Below are positions 52,591 through 64,000 of a stretch of 64,000 nucleotides of DNA, piece after piece (position 1 is the stretch's first letter; the number at the start of each line of letters is the position of its first letter). Position numbers and translations under genes: made by a program. The notes under the pieces are model-generated. The model had not been told where the DNA came from. It saw only the letters and a program-made list of their open reading frames with translations, and did no database searches. The DNA lies in contig CAXHJY010001691.1 in the NCBI GenBank assembly GCA_964016885.1, positions 87,322 through 151,321 of the forward strand, given 5' to 3'. This DNA comes from Eledone cirrhosa (taxonomy: Eukaryota).

Positions 52591-53454
52591 TATCTCTCTC
52601 ACACACATACACACACTCTCACTTACTCACTCACTCACTCACTCACTCACTTATCTATATATATACACATATAAATACATACACACATTTCTACTAAATT
52701 ATTGAGCAGTCTCTTTGAATAAATTCCTTCATTATGTGAAGTAAAATCCTAGTTACCACATAAATTACTCATAGGTATTTTAAGCTTTATAAATTTCTAT
52801 CTTTCCCACCAGAGCACTCTGGGAGTATTTTCACTACCTTAATAAGACATAAGCACACACATATGTGCACATGCAAAGAGCTTCATACATTTTTATAGTA
52901 ACAAATTTACTTACAAGCTATTGATAAGTCCAAGGCTATATCAGAAAACACTAACCCAAAGTAACATGCAGTTAGAGCCTATGAACACATGGGTTTTAAC
53001 TGTACAGCCCTGCATTCCAATATACTGATCTTATTAGAATTATCTTCCTTGCTTCTAACTTTTAGATTTAAAACACCACTAGAGACATTTTCATGTTTTA
53101 CTACTAACTGTATAGATATTGACAGTTAATTGATACTATCTTTAATTCAATATATTACCTGTTCAACCTTACCATAAGTGTATTTAGTGTGTGGGAAGCT
53201 CTCTTGAGGTACTTTCCTTGTATTATTACCTATGTGGTCAAGTGTTCATCAATGAACACATGCCTCAGGTTGGATGTTAGTTACTGGCAAAGTTAAATAA
53301 AATCTCATTCATTGATTGTGACCATAAAGAAACTGTCTCACTGCTGGTGTTATTTTCTTTAAATGGCAAATTATTAAAAGGATTTTAAAATCTGTTTAGA
53401 CTTTGATATTCTGACATATTTATTTGTTTTCACCATACCATTTTTTTTTCTTAG

Positions 53455-53530
53455 GCCTGGAGTTACCATAGAAATTTGCAAGTTATTTGCACTAGTACCA
53501 CAACTAGCAGTTGAAAATGAAGAATTTGAG
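53455..53530 (+). CDS. FOCAD: Focadhesin-like exon K (PGVTIEICKLFALVPQLAVENEEFE)
   Basis: T-tract + TTAG acceptor, GAG/GTAATT donor, phase 2/0. Confidence 0.88.
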
Positions 53531-53959
53531 GTAATTGCTTTATTTAACGTGGTATTCAAATTTTATTTCTCACTTTCACAATTTGTTTTTCTATTGAAAC
53601 ACATATTTTGATAATAGCATGTTGCTTTAGCAATTGTGTTTACAATTAGATACCTTTCAAACTTTATTGCAAAAAAAGAATCAGAATCTGTTAACCATTT
53701 CATTTGTATGGCAGATGGTGACTAGCAAAATGTTTGTGTCTTTGCTGAAGGACCATTAAAATAAAAGCATTAATTCATTTAATTGTATATTTCTTTAATT
53801 GTATTCATTGTTTAATTATTTATTTTTTCTTTCTGCAAATATCCTCAAGCTACAATTCCATAGATTGAAGATTATAGTCAGTATATGTCGAATATGTGTG
53901 TATGCATCCAATTAAGTAGCAAATAAAGAATTTTTTTTTTTCTTCTAATGATAGATATG

Positions 53960-54542
53960 CATTATATCCAGGTGTATGTGTGTTTTTATTTATTTATCTA
54001 TGTTTGTTTATTTGTTGGTTGTTTATTCTATCTGTGTGTCTGGTTTGTTTTATTAGTTTGGATTTTGTGTGTCTCTGTATATCTTCATTTTGTCTTTAGT
54101 TACTAGTTGTGATGTTGTTGCTATTCCACTCATGTTTTTGGTTTAATTTTGGTTGGAGTTCGTTTATGTTTGTCACTTCTGTAATCTGTTTGAGTATTGC
54201 CTCTTTTCTGTGTGTGGATATAATGTTTATCTCTATGTTCTCTTAACACATAAATGAAAAAACAGACACACACACTTGGATATAATGCATGTGCAAACCA
54301 AACACACAGCACACAGCACAAAAAAAGATGGTGTAGGATAGAACAAAAGGAGAGACACAAAATAAAAAAAACAGTCATTGAGGACGTCACAGAATGTGTG
54401 ATGAAAGAACTTTAACAATATGTAGACATCCATCTGGTTATTGAACCAGCCAACCAACTGGAAATTTATAATAAATTGAAGTGAAAACCAGCAGGTGCGT
54501 GTATTTTTATTGGCAACATGACCCTCCCAAAATATAACAATA
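53960..54542. mobile_element. Penelope-like remnant: minus-strand endonuclease end joined to an inverted pLTR
   Basis: 53960-54245 resembles 59840-60085. 54250-54542 is the reverse complement of the 59542-59800 pLTR. Confidence 0.7.
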
Positions 54543-55498
54543 TATATATATGTATACACACACACACAGATATGTATATGAATATATATATAGAAAATAT
54601 GGATGAGAAGGGGGCTGTGTGGTTACTGATAACAGGTGTTAGAAGGTAAGGGGACACAAACAAGAGGTGAACAGTCTCCCTTCGTCAGTAGTTAACTACA
54701 GGTCACATATGTTTCGCCACATTATTAACTATACATCTATCCGTAGTGTGCCCATAGCCATTTATCTATCAAAAGGCCATGAGGGAAAGCAAGAAAAGGA
54801 GAAAGAGAGAAGAAAAAAAAGGAAAACGGGAAGAAAAAAAGGGAAAAAAACCTACCGATAGAAGGGGGAACATGGGACATGGTACATGTAAGCAAGTAAC
54901 CAAGAGAATAGAGATCAAGTTTTTAAAAAAGTCGTTGGGTTTAAGCCCGGGGCAAATAATAATGCAGCTAGGTATCAACACGTCTATCCTCAACGAAATC
55001 ACAACAGAAAGAGAGAGAGATGGAGGAAACGGAAGCAAGAGAGAGTAGAAGGCAGAGTGGGTGAGTGAGAGGGATGGAGAGAGAGAGAGAGGGAGGAGGG
55101 AAAGGGAGTTAATCCAAACGGATCTAGAACACACGTGGACTGACGACCAAGCGAGATCAATAGAGAGAAGGGAAGGGAGAAAGGGAAGGTGTGGCAAGAA
55201 ATGAATTCGCCAGGCACAACGAATCAAGTGAGATAGTTAGAGAAGAGGGAGTGAAGGTCACAGCAGTAAATATAAAAAATATATATAAGTTAAAAAGATA
55301 TCGTTTAAGGTAATCCAGCTAGATGTTACGAGTACTCTGTATGAAGGATAGTTTTAACGTTTGGCGTTGTTTGACTCAACAAGAAGTTTCCTTAGTCGGG
55401 TGGCCGGTTTAAGAAAGTTCCTAGGCAGGCAGTTCTTGGAGTATTAATAGTAAAGAATGAAGAATAACAGCCGGCCATGTTATTCTTCATTCGTTTAC

Positions 55499-55529
<31 letters not shown>

Positions 55530-56403
55530 GTAGCCAGAGTCAGAACGGGATGGAAAAAGTTCAGAGAGCTTATACCACTATTGGCCGCTAAAGGTTTCTC
55601 TCTAAAAATGAAAGGCAGGCTGTATGATGCCTGCATACGAACAACAATGTTACATGGCAGTGAGACTTGGGCATTGTGTGCAGAGGATATACGCAGACTG
55701 GAGACAAAGCTTGCATGCTCCGTTGGATGTGTAATAGTAATATACATGAACGGCAAAGCATAAATGAACTAAGGGAGAAAGTAGGAATAAGAGGAATCAG
55801 ATGTTGTTTACTCGAGAGAAGACTACGTTGGTATGGTCACGTGATGCGCATGAAAGACGACAGCTGTATAAAAAAGTGCAGGGCGATAAAAATAGACGGT
55901 AGCCACGGAGTAGGCAGACCCAGAAAAACCTGGGACGACTTGATAAATTCCAATCTCACACACTTACACCTCTCCAAGACAATGTCACTGGACCGAGATC
56001 TACACAGTAATACAGAAGACCCGCCTTGCCTAAGTACAAGTCAGTAGGCACCTCTAACAAAAATACACCCCCATCCTACCACCCCCACCCCATCCACACC
56101 ACCCCTTTCGATGTAAAGTTATGTTGGTACCACAACATCCAGTCCAAAATAAATGAGGTCATGTAGGTGTCACAAAAAAAAACACACACAGTCCACGCTG
56201 TAATGTGGCCGTGTAGGTAACACGGTAAAAAACTCCCAGTCCACACTGTAAACACGGTTGGTGTTAGGAAGGGCATCTAGCCGTAAAAAACCCGCCAGAC
56301 AGTCCTATACGAGCAAGACAACCAATCTTGCCTCAAGTGGGAAAATTCCCGTCCAAACCCATGCAAGCGTGGAAGATGGACGATAAATGATGATGATGAT
56401 GAT
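55530..56403 (+). mobile_element. RTE LINE 3' fragment
   Basis: RVRTGWKKFREL...RLRWYGHV with a frameshift, (GAT)n tail. Confidence 0.9.
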
Positions 56404-56738
56404 ATATATATAATATATAAGCAGAAGGGATATTCAATTTGTTAGTAATTCAAAAAATATAAATGTTTATAACTGATTCAGAGCACTCAACGGGTTTTCT
56501 GGAGTATAATATACAATGATATTAAATAAATGGAAACTATATTTAATTCTATCTTATGTTCTCTTAACACATAAATGAATAAACACACACACACACTTGG
56601 ATGTAATGCATGTGCAAACCAAACACACAGCACAAAAACAAGATGGTGTAGGATAGAACAAAAGAGAGACACAACATAATAAAAAACAGTCATAAATATG
56701 GTTTTATAAATATAGTTTCCATTTATTTAATATCATTG

Positions 56739-56789
<51 letters not shown>

Positions 56790-56809
56790 TATATATATAT
56801 ATATAGTTA

Positions 56810-56847
<38 letters not shown>

Positions 56848-56851
<4 letters not shown>

Positions 56852-57610
56852 TATTTGGGGAGGGTCATATTGTTATAATATTGCCAGAAATAATAATAAA
56901 ACACACTCACTGTTTGGTTTGGATTGTTTTACACTTCTATATATTTTATATCCCTATAGTTAATTAAGCTGGCAATCAATATATTTATAGTCTATCAAAG
57001 TTCTTTCATCACACACTTGTGACTATTATGTTTCCTCCCATTGTATTCCATATTTATTTTTATTTATTCTTGTCTTTGTTTGTGCATGCATTTGTCTGAG
57101 TGTTTTCTGTATGGTGTGTTTCTGTGTCCGTGTGTGTTTGTATTCTATCTTTGCTCACTAGTGTGTGCTTGTGTGTGGTTGTTGTTATTGTACCTGTGTA
57201 TATTTATTTATATTTATCTTAGATCACTATTGTGTGTTTGTTTATGGTTGTTTTTGTTGTTATTCCATTCATCTTTTCCTGTTCGACTTCAGTTTTCTTA
57301 GTTCTATTTCAGTTGCTTCTCTGATTTGTCTACCTGCTGAGTCATCTCTGTTTAGATATTATTTTAATTTCTATGTTGTCTATATTACTATCATGTCTTT
57401 GTCTGGTTGGTTCATATAGTACCAAACCATCTTTTTGTCATTTTAGTTCCCCCAGTGTTGGTCTATTCTCTCCCCTATGCTCCGAGCTGTCTCACCTATG
57501 TATGTCGTTGTCATGTTTCTGCAAGTACCCTCTGTACATCTTATGCTATAGACTACATTTCTAGTTCTACAATTTTATTTGTGGATTTATTCTACATATA
57601 ACACATTTCT
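56848..57610 (-). mobile_element. Decayed second Naiad-type Penelope-like copy
   Basis: NVVYSIRCTEGTC...YIGETARS remnant plus a related pLTR end. Confidence 0.75.
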
Positions 57611-59497
57611 TATCATCTTAAGATATCGTGTTAAATATAAATCATTGAGATTATTGGTTGGAGAAGAGAAAACATGTATGTTACATATTAGTAATTATAA
57701 AGTTAGGAAAATTAACAAAGAGTAGACAAGGCAATGAATGAAAATAAGGCAAAATGAAAAAAAACAATCTTTTGAGGGGGAAACTTACAAAGTTATTTTT
57801 TTTAAATGAAAATAGAAACAAAAGACACAGAACTCCAGGGTTTCAGCTGTTGAGATAGAATTTGGCAGTTTCCACCCTACCAACATTACTTCTGGTCCAC
57901 CCTGGGTCACAAATCAGAAACAAGCCAAAACACTGTCCATGGAGTAAGAGATAAGACAAAACTATATATATATATATCATCATTCATCATCATCATTTCA
58001 TTTTACGTCCGCTTTTTCTCTGCTTGCAAAGGTGGGACGGGAACTGATTTTAGCTTGATTTCTACAGCTGGATGCCCTTCCTAACACCAACCTCATTTAC
58101 AGTGAGTGCTGGGTGCTTTTTTGCCGTGGCACCTCCACGACCACTTTGCAGTGGAATGATAGGGACCCCAGTCCCTATCATCTCATTTCTACAGCTGAGT
58201 AAACTGGAGCAATGTGAAATAAAGTGTCTTGCTCAAGGAAACAACACATCACCCGGTCTGAGAATTGAACTCACAACCTTTCGATTGCAAGGCCAATGCT
58301 GTGCCTATATATATATATATATATATGGAAATGATAAAAAAAAAAGGTTTTAATACCTCATTGGTTATGATTGCTTCTGTCCTTGCTAAAGTAAGGGATA
58401 CAACTGTTGATATATATATGGAGAGAGAGAGAGAGATACGCAAAATCCCAACCACCACCTTCACTTCCACACCAACCCACTCTTCCATATACCTCCCATG
58501 AGCATAGTTTGAAGCATACATCTAGTATTTTACACCCCACCTCCTTCCATTACCTCTCACATTCTAAAGCTCTGCTCATCACACAAGCCCAAATACCCAC
58601 CTCCCCAATCCCGATACACCTCACCCACCAAAGTCCCCAGCCCACACTGTTAAGTGGTTGTGATGGTGACACAACAAAAGCACCCTGTACATACTCTAAA
58701 CATGGTTGATGTTAAGAAGGTCATCCAGCTGCAGAAACCAAACCAAAATCAGAACTGTATGAGCAAGACATGGCCATCTGATCTGGCTTGTCTCATAATA
58801 GGTAAAGTTGTCTAACCCATTCTAGTGTGGAAAGATGGATGTTAAACGGTGATGATGATGATGGTGTGTGTGTGTATATCAGAATGGAGGCAATAAAAAC
58901 TAGTTAGACCATTACTCACCAGAGTACTTGATACTTGGGGTAGTATTGAGCTGTTAAAATGGTCAGAGCTCGGCCGTCGGAGTCCTGTATTTTCCACACA
59001 CACACAGACACACATATACACACATATACATACATATATAGATATAATATATATATATATATTTATATATATATATGCCCCAGCATGGCCTCAGCCGGAT
59101 GGCTGGAACAGGTAAAAGAGTATATATATATATATGAGAGAGCGAGAGATTTTCCTGCTTCTCCTAAGATCAAGCTCAACATCTACTGCATCTGAAGCTC
59201 CCTCAACACACACACATAATGTAGCTTATATATGTATATATATATATACATACATATAAACAAAATGTTAAGGCAGGGTTACTTTCACATAATTGTTTTA
59301 TTTGCATAATATATATTTCAATGTCATAGTTATGTAATAGTGATATCATTGACAGTCTCTGTGTGACATCATCAGTAGATATTTCACTGGTAATGTATTA
59401 CCACCTTCTTGCTGTGATGATTGCTTAAACCGGTTTATCCTCACAGCATTACAACATGACATCCATGGTTAAACACCCTTATTATCTGCACTATATA

Positions 59498-59541
<44 letters not shown>

Positions 59542-59546
<5 letters not shown>

Positions 59547-60935
59547 ATACTTTGGGAGGGTCATGTTGCCAATAAGAAACACATGCACCAGTTGCTTTCA
59601 CTTCAATTTATTATAATAAATTTATAAATTTAGGAATTTATAAATTTCCGATTGGTTGGTTGGTTCCACAACCAGATGGTTGTTTATATATTGTCAAAGT
59701 TCTTTCGTCACACATTCTGTGACCTCTTTTGTGACTGGGGATTCTTTTCTTTGTTTTTGTGCCTCTCCTTTGTTCTGTCCTACGCCATTTTGTTTCTGTG
59801 TGTGTCTTGTGTGCTCAGTCTGTGCAAGCGCCACATCCGGGTGTCTGTGTGTGTTTATATTTGTTTATTTATTTGTTTATTTACATGTTACAGGTTGGTT
59901 GTTTGTTCTATATGCGTGTGTGTTTTCATTTTGTCCTTAATTGTAAGTTGCGATGTTGCTGTTCCACTCATGTTTTCTATTTAATTTTGGTTGTAATTCT
60001 TTTATGTTTATTGCCTCTGTGATTTGTCTAAACATTGCGTCTTTTCTGTGTGTAGATTCTATTTTTATTTCTATGTTCTCTAATTTACCCTTATGTTCTA
60101 TTTTAGCATGTTGGTAGAGTACAGATGATTCTTTACTATCTTGAAGGTCTCGCCAGTGTTCATTTATCTGTTCCCCTATACTACGAGCTGTCTCACCTCT
60201 GTACACTATATTTTTGTCTCTACATTGTCCTTCAGTACATCTTATGCTATATACTACATTTCTAGTTTTACAGTTAATATGGGGGCTTAATTTACAGGTT
60301 ATACATTTCTTATCTATACATGGGGGGGGGTCTTTGAAAAGGGTATGTCTTGCTAATAAGTGTTTTTACAGAGGTACCTGGTCTTTCTACTATCTTAATA
60401 TTGAGTTTATGTTTATCTAGGGCCCTTCTAAATCTGTAAGCTAATTCACCTCTAGGGGTTGTATCGATGGACATTACACTCTGGTATTTATTGCTATCAT
60501 ACCATGAGTTTATTCTATTAGACTTATTCCTAGTTCTTTCTATTCTATTCCAAAATTTGCTCCTATACAAGGGGCAGGTCCCATTTGTGTTATTATTTAC
60601 CATTTTTTCCCATTTGGTTCTGGCTCCTCTATACACTCTGATTTTATCTCTCTGATTGTAACCAGAGAACTGCATACGTTGGATGAAGTGTTGTATGTGT
60701 CTTTCTAGTTCTTCGGGGTTGCACATACGGGACACGTTTCTCATCACCCATACCAAATTCGCAATCAGTATGTTGATTTTGGTATGGTCCGAAATAGCTG
60801 AGTTTCGGTGGATCAGATATTTGGAAGTCATGGGTTTGGCATAATGGGAATGGAGGATTTGTTTTTTTGTTATTAATGGTATCTAACCAGAGCTCTGTGT
60901 CTAGTACAGGTAATCGATGGTTGGGGTGTTTACTT
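59542..60935 (-). mobile_element. Penelope-like element (Naiad-type), 5'-truncated: RT thumb, Cys linker, GIY-YIG endonuclease, 3' pLTR
   Basis: LPVLDTELW...HYAKPMTSKY...RMQFSGY, CIDKKCITC, NVVYSIRC...YRGETARS...EH...RQITEAINI...LNRKHEW. Frameshifts fall in homopolymer runs. Ends at (TA)n. Confidence 0.88.
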
Positions 60936-60959
60936 ATGTATATATGCATGTATGTATAT

Positions 60960-61760
60960 AAGTGTTGATAAGTAGGAAACAGGACAAGAATCTGATTCCA
61001 TCAGGGAAATGGCCATGTTTGATATGTAGAAAAGGAGTTGGCATAAACTCTATAGAATGTACACAATGCAAACTGACCTGAAGGGAAAGCTTCATACATA
61101 GTAGATGTTCAGAGAAAATTGATAGTAGTAGAAGTGGCAGTGATAGGCACATTTTCCAAATGCAGGTAGGATCTATAGAGGTGGTTAATAGCTTGCGATA
61201 TCTAGGTGATCAGATTAGCAAGGGAGGGGGGTGCTCCAAGGCCATATTATCTAGAATAAGAACAGGATGGAAGAAGTTTAGGGAGCTGCTTCCTGCTGAC
61301 AACGAAGGGTTTCTCCCTATGAATGAACGGTCGGTTGTATGATACCTGTGTGAGATGTGAGATGCGCGATGTTGCATGGTAGTGAGACATGGAGGATATG
61401 CGAAGGCTGGGGAGAAATGAAGCAAGTATGCTCCGATGGAAGTGCATGTCAATGTGCATGAATGACCAAGCATGGATGAGTTGAGAATGAAACTGTGTAT
61501 AAGAGGGATAAAATGTAGTGTGCGGGAGAAAAGACTGCATTGGTATGGCCATGTGATGCGCATGGAAGATGACCGTTGGGTGAAAAGTGCCAAGAAATCC
61601 CAGTGGAAGGAAGACGCAGTAGAGGAAGATCACGAAAAACATGGGTGGAGGTGGTGAGAGCTGACCGCAGATTGCTGAAGTTCACAGTGGGGATGAAGAG
61701 GGACAGTGATGAATGGAGAGATGCTATGCTTAAGAGGACCTTGCAAGCATGATGATGATA
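60960..61760 (+). mobile_element. Degenerate RTE LINE fragment
   Basis: [35 protein letters not shown]. Confidence 0.85.
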
Positions 61761-61787
61761 TACTTATCTATATATAAATATACATAC

Positions 61788-61877
<90 letters not shown>

Positions 61878-63349
61878 CACACCACTTTGTGTGTGTATGT
61901 ATTTATGTATGTTTGTGTATATATATATATGAATGATTTTTGTTGTATGAAAAATTGTTAGTGTAAGTATAATATTTATTCTGTCTCTATGTATTTCTTA
62001 ATCTAATCAGATCATTCTCTGCAAAATATTAGTTATATATATAAAGAGAGAGGAGTGTCTATATATATTTTTACACTTCTTGAGGGTAATGCTGTCAATA
62101 AAAAAAAAACTTGCAAAACAAATATAAGAACAAAGTATATATACATCAGGCATGGTTGTGTGCTGATAGAATTTGCTTTACCACAGCATGGTTCTGAGTT
62201 TATTTACTTGCTTTACAATTTGCTTTATTCTTTTAAATATGCTGAGAAATGTCAGTTTGATGCAGCAGGAAATAGTATGTATTTGTTTAATGTACTAGAA
62301 AATAATGACAGTTTGACCTGTTCTCTTTTGAATGATATTTTTAATATATATATATATATAGTAAATCGATTTATAACAATTTCCCTTATCAAGAATCTAA
62401 ATAACTTATTTTTCTATGGATATGGTTATTATGTTACTTTGAATTGTTAAAGTGTGTATTCTTTAAATCTTAACTTCCTATACCACATGAAAATGCATTA
62501 GGAAATCGTTCTTGAAATGTATAAAAAAAGCACAATGAATGCATCACATTAAAAATTCAAATCATATTTTAACACTCCAAGTTTTCATAAGCCTCACTCT
62601 ATGAATGGATATTACTTCTTCCTTTTGTGTAATTTGTACAGGCCAACTATGTCACTTATCTTAACTGAAACTTGTAATCTTTCTAATGATGTTGAATGGT
62701 TTATTGCTAGGATTCTTTATCCCTTTAGTGGTGTTGTAAGATAGAAATTTATAGGTTACCATTCAGAATTATCTCTTTGGTAATTGAAGGACCCCATGGT
62801 ATTTGTTATAACCATGAATTAAACAGTCTCTATTAATAATAGATACTATCTGCAAATATAGGCAATCTTCTTTGGTATTAAATTACCATATTTTATAGCA
62901 TATAGGACCCAACTTGTGTTTAGCAGGTGGGTAAAAATGCTTCAAGATATCACCCAGGTCTTCTATGTGAAGCTGAGTTATATATCAGTTAATGTTTACC
63001 AAGACATTGCAGGTTACCTGTATTGCCTAATTGTATACACTGAAAATGACTTTGTATTGTTATCCTCTTTATATAGAATGTTTCCTGTTGTAGCTTCTCC
63101 ACTTTCACTGCCCTTTATAAATTACAAGATTTTATTATTAGAAAATATGTTTCTGACATTTTTTTGCATGTTTTTTCATTATATTTTCTGCTTTATATTT
63201 TGATAGCATTTGATGCTTACCTCTAATTATATAAACTATTTTTTCTTGATATATGCTACTGTGTTTTTTTTCCTATATGCCATCAAATAAGATCAAAGAG
63301 TATTTTGTCCTTAACAAAAGAAAAATTATATATCCTTCATGTATTTCAG

Positions 63350-63508
63350 AAATTCCAAGAAGCAGTTATCAGCATGCTTTGGTTAATTTCTCAAAAGTTT
63401 GGTGATTCCAGTTCAAAGAAGTGCAATCCTGAAGTCAGTGCTGCTGCTTTTAGAGCATTGGCAGCCTTTAAAGTTGAAGATTTCACCATCAACCACTTTC
63501 CACCACAA
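63350..63508 (+). CDS. FOCAD: Focadhesin-like exon L (KFQEAVISMLWLISQ...AAAFRALAAFKVEDFTINHFPPQ)
   Basis: TTTCAG acceptor, GTAAGT donor, 53 open codons. The gene continues past the window. Confidence 0.88.
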
Positions 63509-64000
63509 GTAAGTCATTTTCAAATATATGTGTGACTGAGTGTGTGAATATATACATATGTATTTTATATATATTGTATTATATATATACATCATCATCA
63601 TCACTGTTTTACGTCCGTTCTTCCACAATAGCATGGGTTATATATGTATGTGTGTGCGTGTATGTGTAAAATGATTTGAAAGCTAATTTTTCCATCTGCA
63701 TATTTATTTGATTATATTTGGTTTGTGTTTATGCCTGCATTTCCAATTGTTTCTCCCTAAAAACGATCTACTTTCTCTTCAGATCAATATAATATATAAA
63801 TACATTGAGCTAATTCTGAAAAGACATGGCAGTTATATACTATCATATATAATTCTCTACATACTTTTTGAGCTTTGTATAATTAGTTTTGCTGTATACA
63901 TACATATATATCATCATCGTCATCATCATCATTATTTTACATCCGCCTTTCCCTGCTTGCAAGGGTGGGACGGGTCTTATTCAGCACAGCATCTCTCCAC

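Noticed and set aside
59345-59380. Minus-strand CTGATGA-tgtc...gact
   Set aside because: The GAAA half of the core is missing.
59937-60935. Selenocysteine recoding in the Naiad-type element
   Set aside because: The disruptions seen are homopolymer frameshifts, not in-frame TGA, and no SECIS was recognisable by eye.

Overview
AT-rich, repeat-dense eukaryotic DNA. The repeat types suggest an invertebrate, probably a cephalopod such as an octopus (inference). The + strand carries 12 consecutive internal GT-AG exons (14133-63508) that splice in consistent phase into about 610 open codons resembling focadhesin (FOCAD/KIAA1797). The gene start and end are not identifiable in the window. The introns are packed with RTE-clade LINEs (one with about 636 open codons), two tRNA-headed SINE families, Penelope-like (Naiad-type) remnants, a CRE fragment, a Tx1/L1 fragment, pogo-type DNA transposons, Helentron-like elements, a solo LTR and (TA)n/(GAT)n/30-bp tandem repeats. 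The most notable hidden layer is a set of type I hammerhead ribozyme motifs from several unrelated sequence families. Several have a non-canonical U.U or C.A at the base of stem II, two sit back-to-back in a palindrome, and some lie on the sense strand of the host pre-mRNA. All calls were made by eye and no database search was run.
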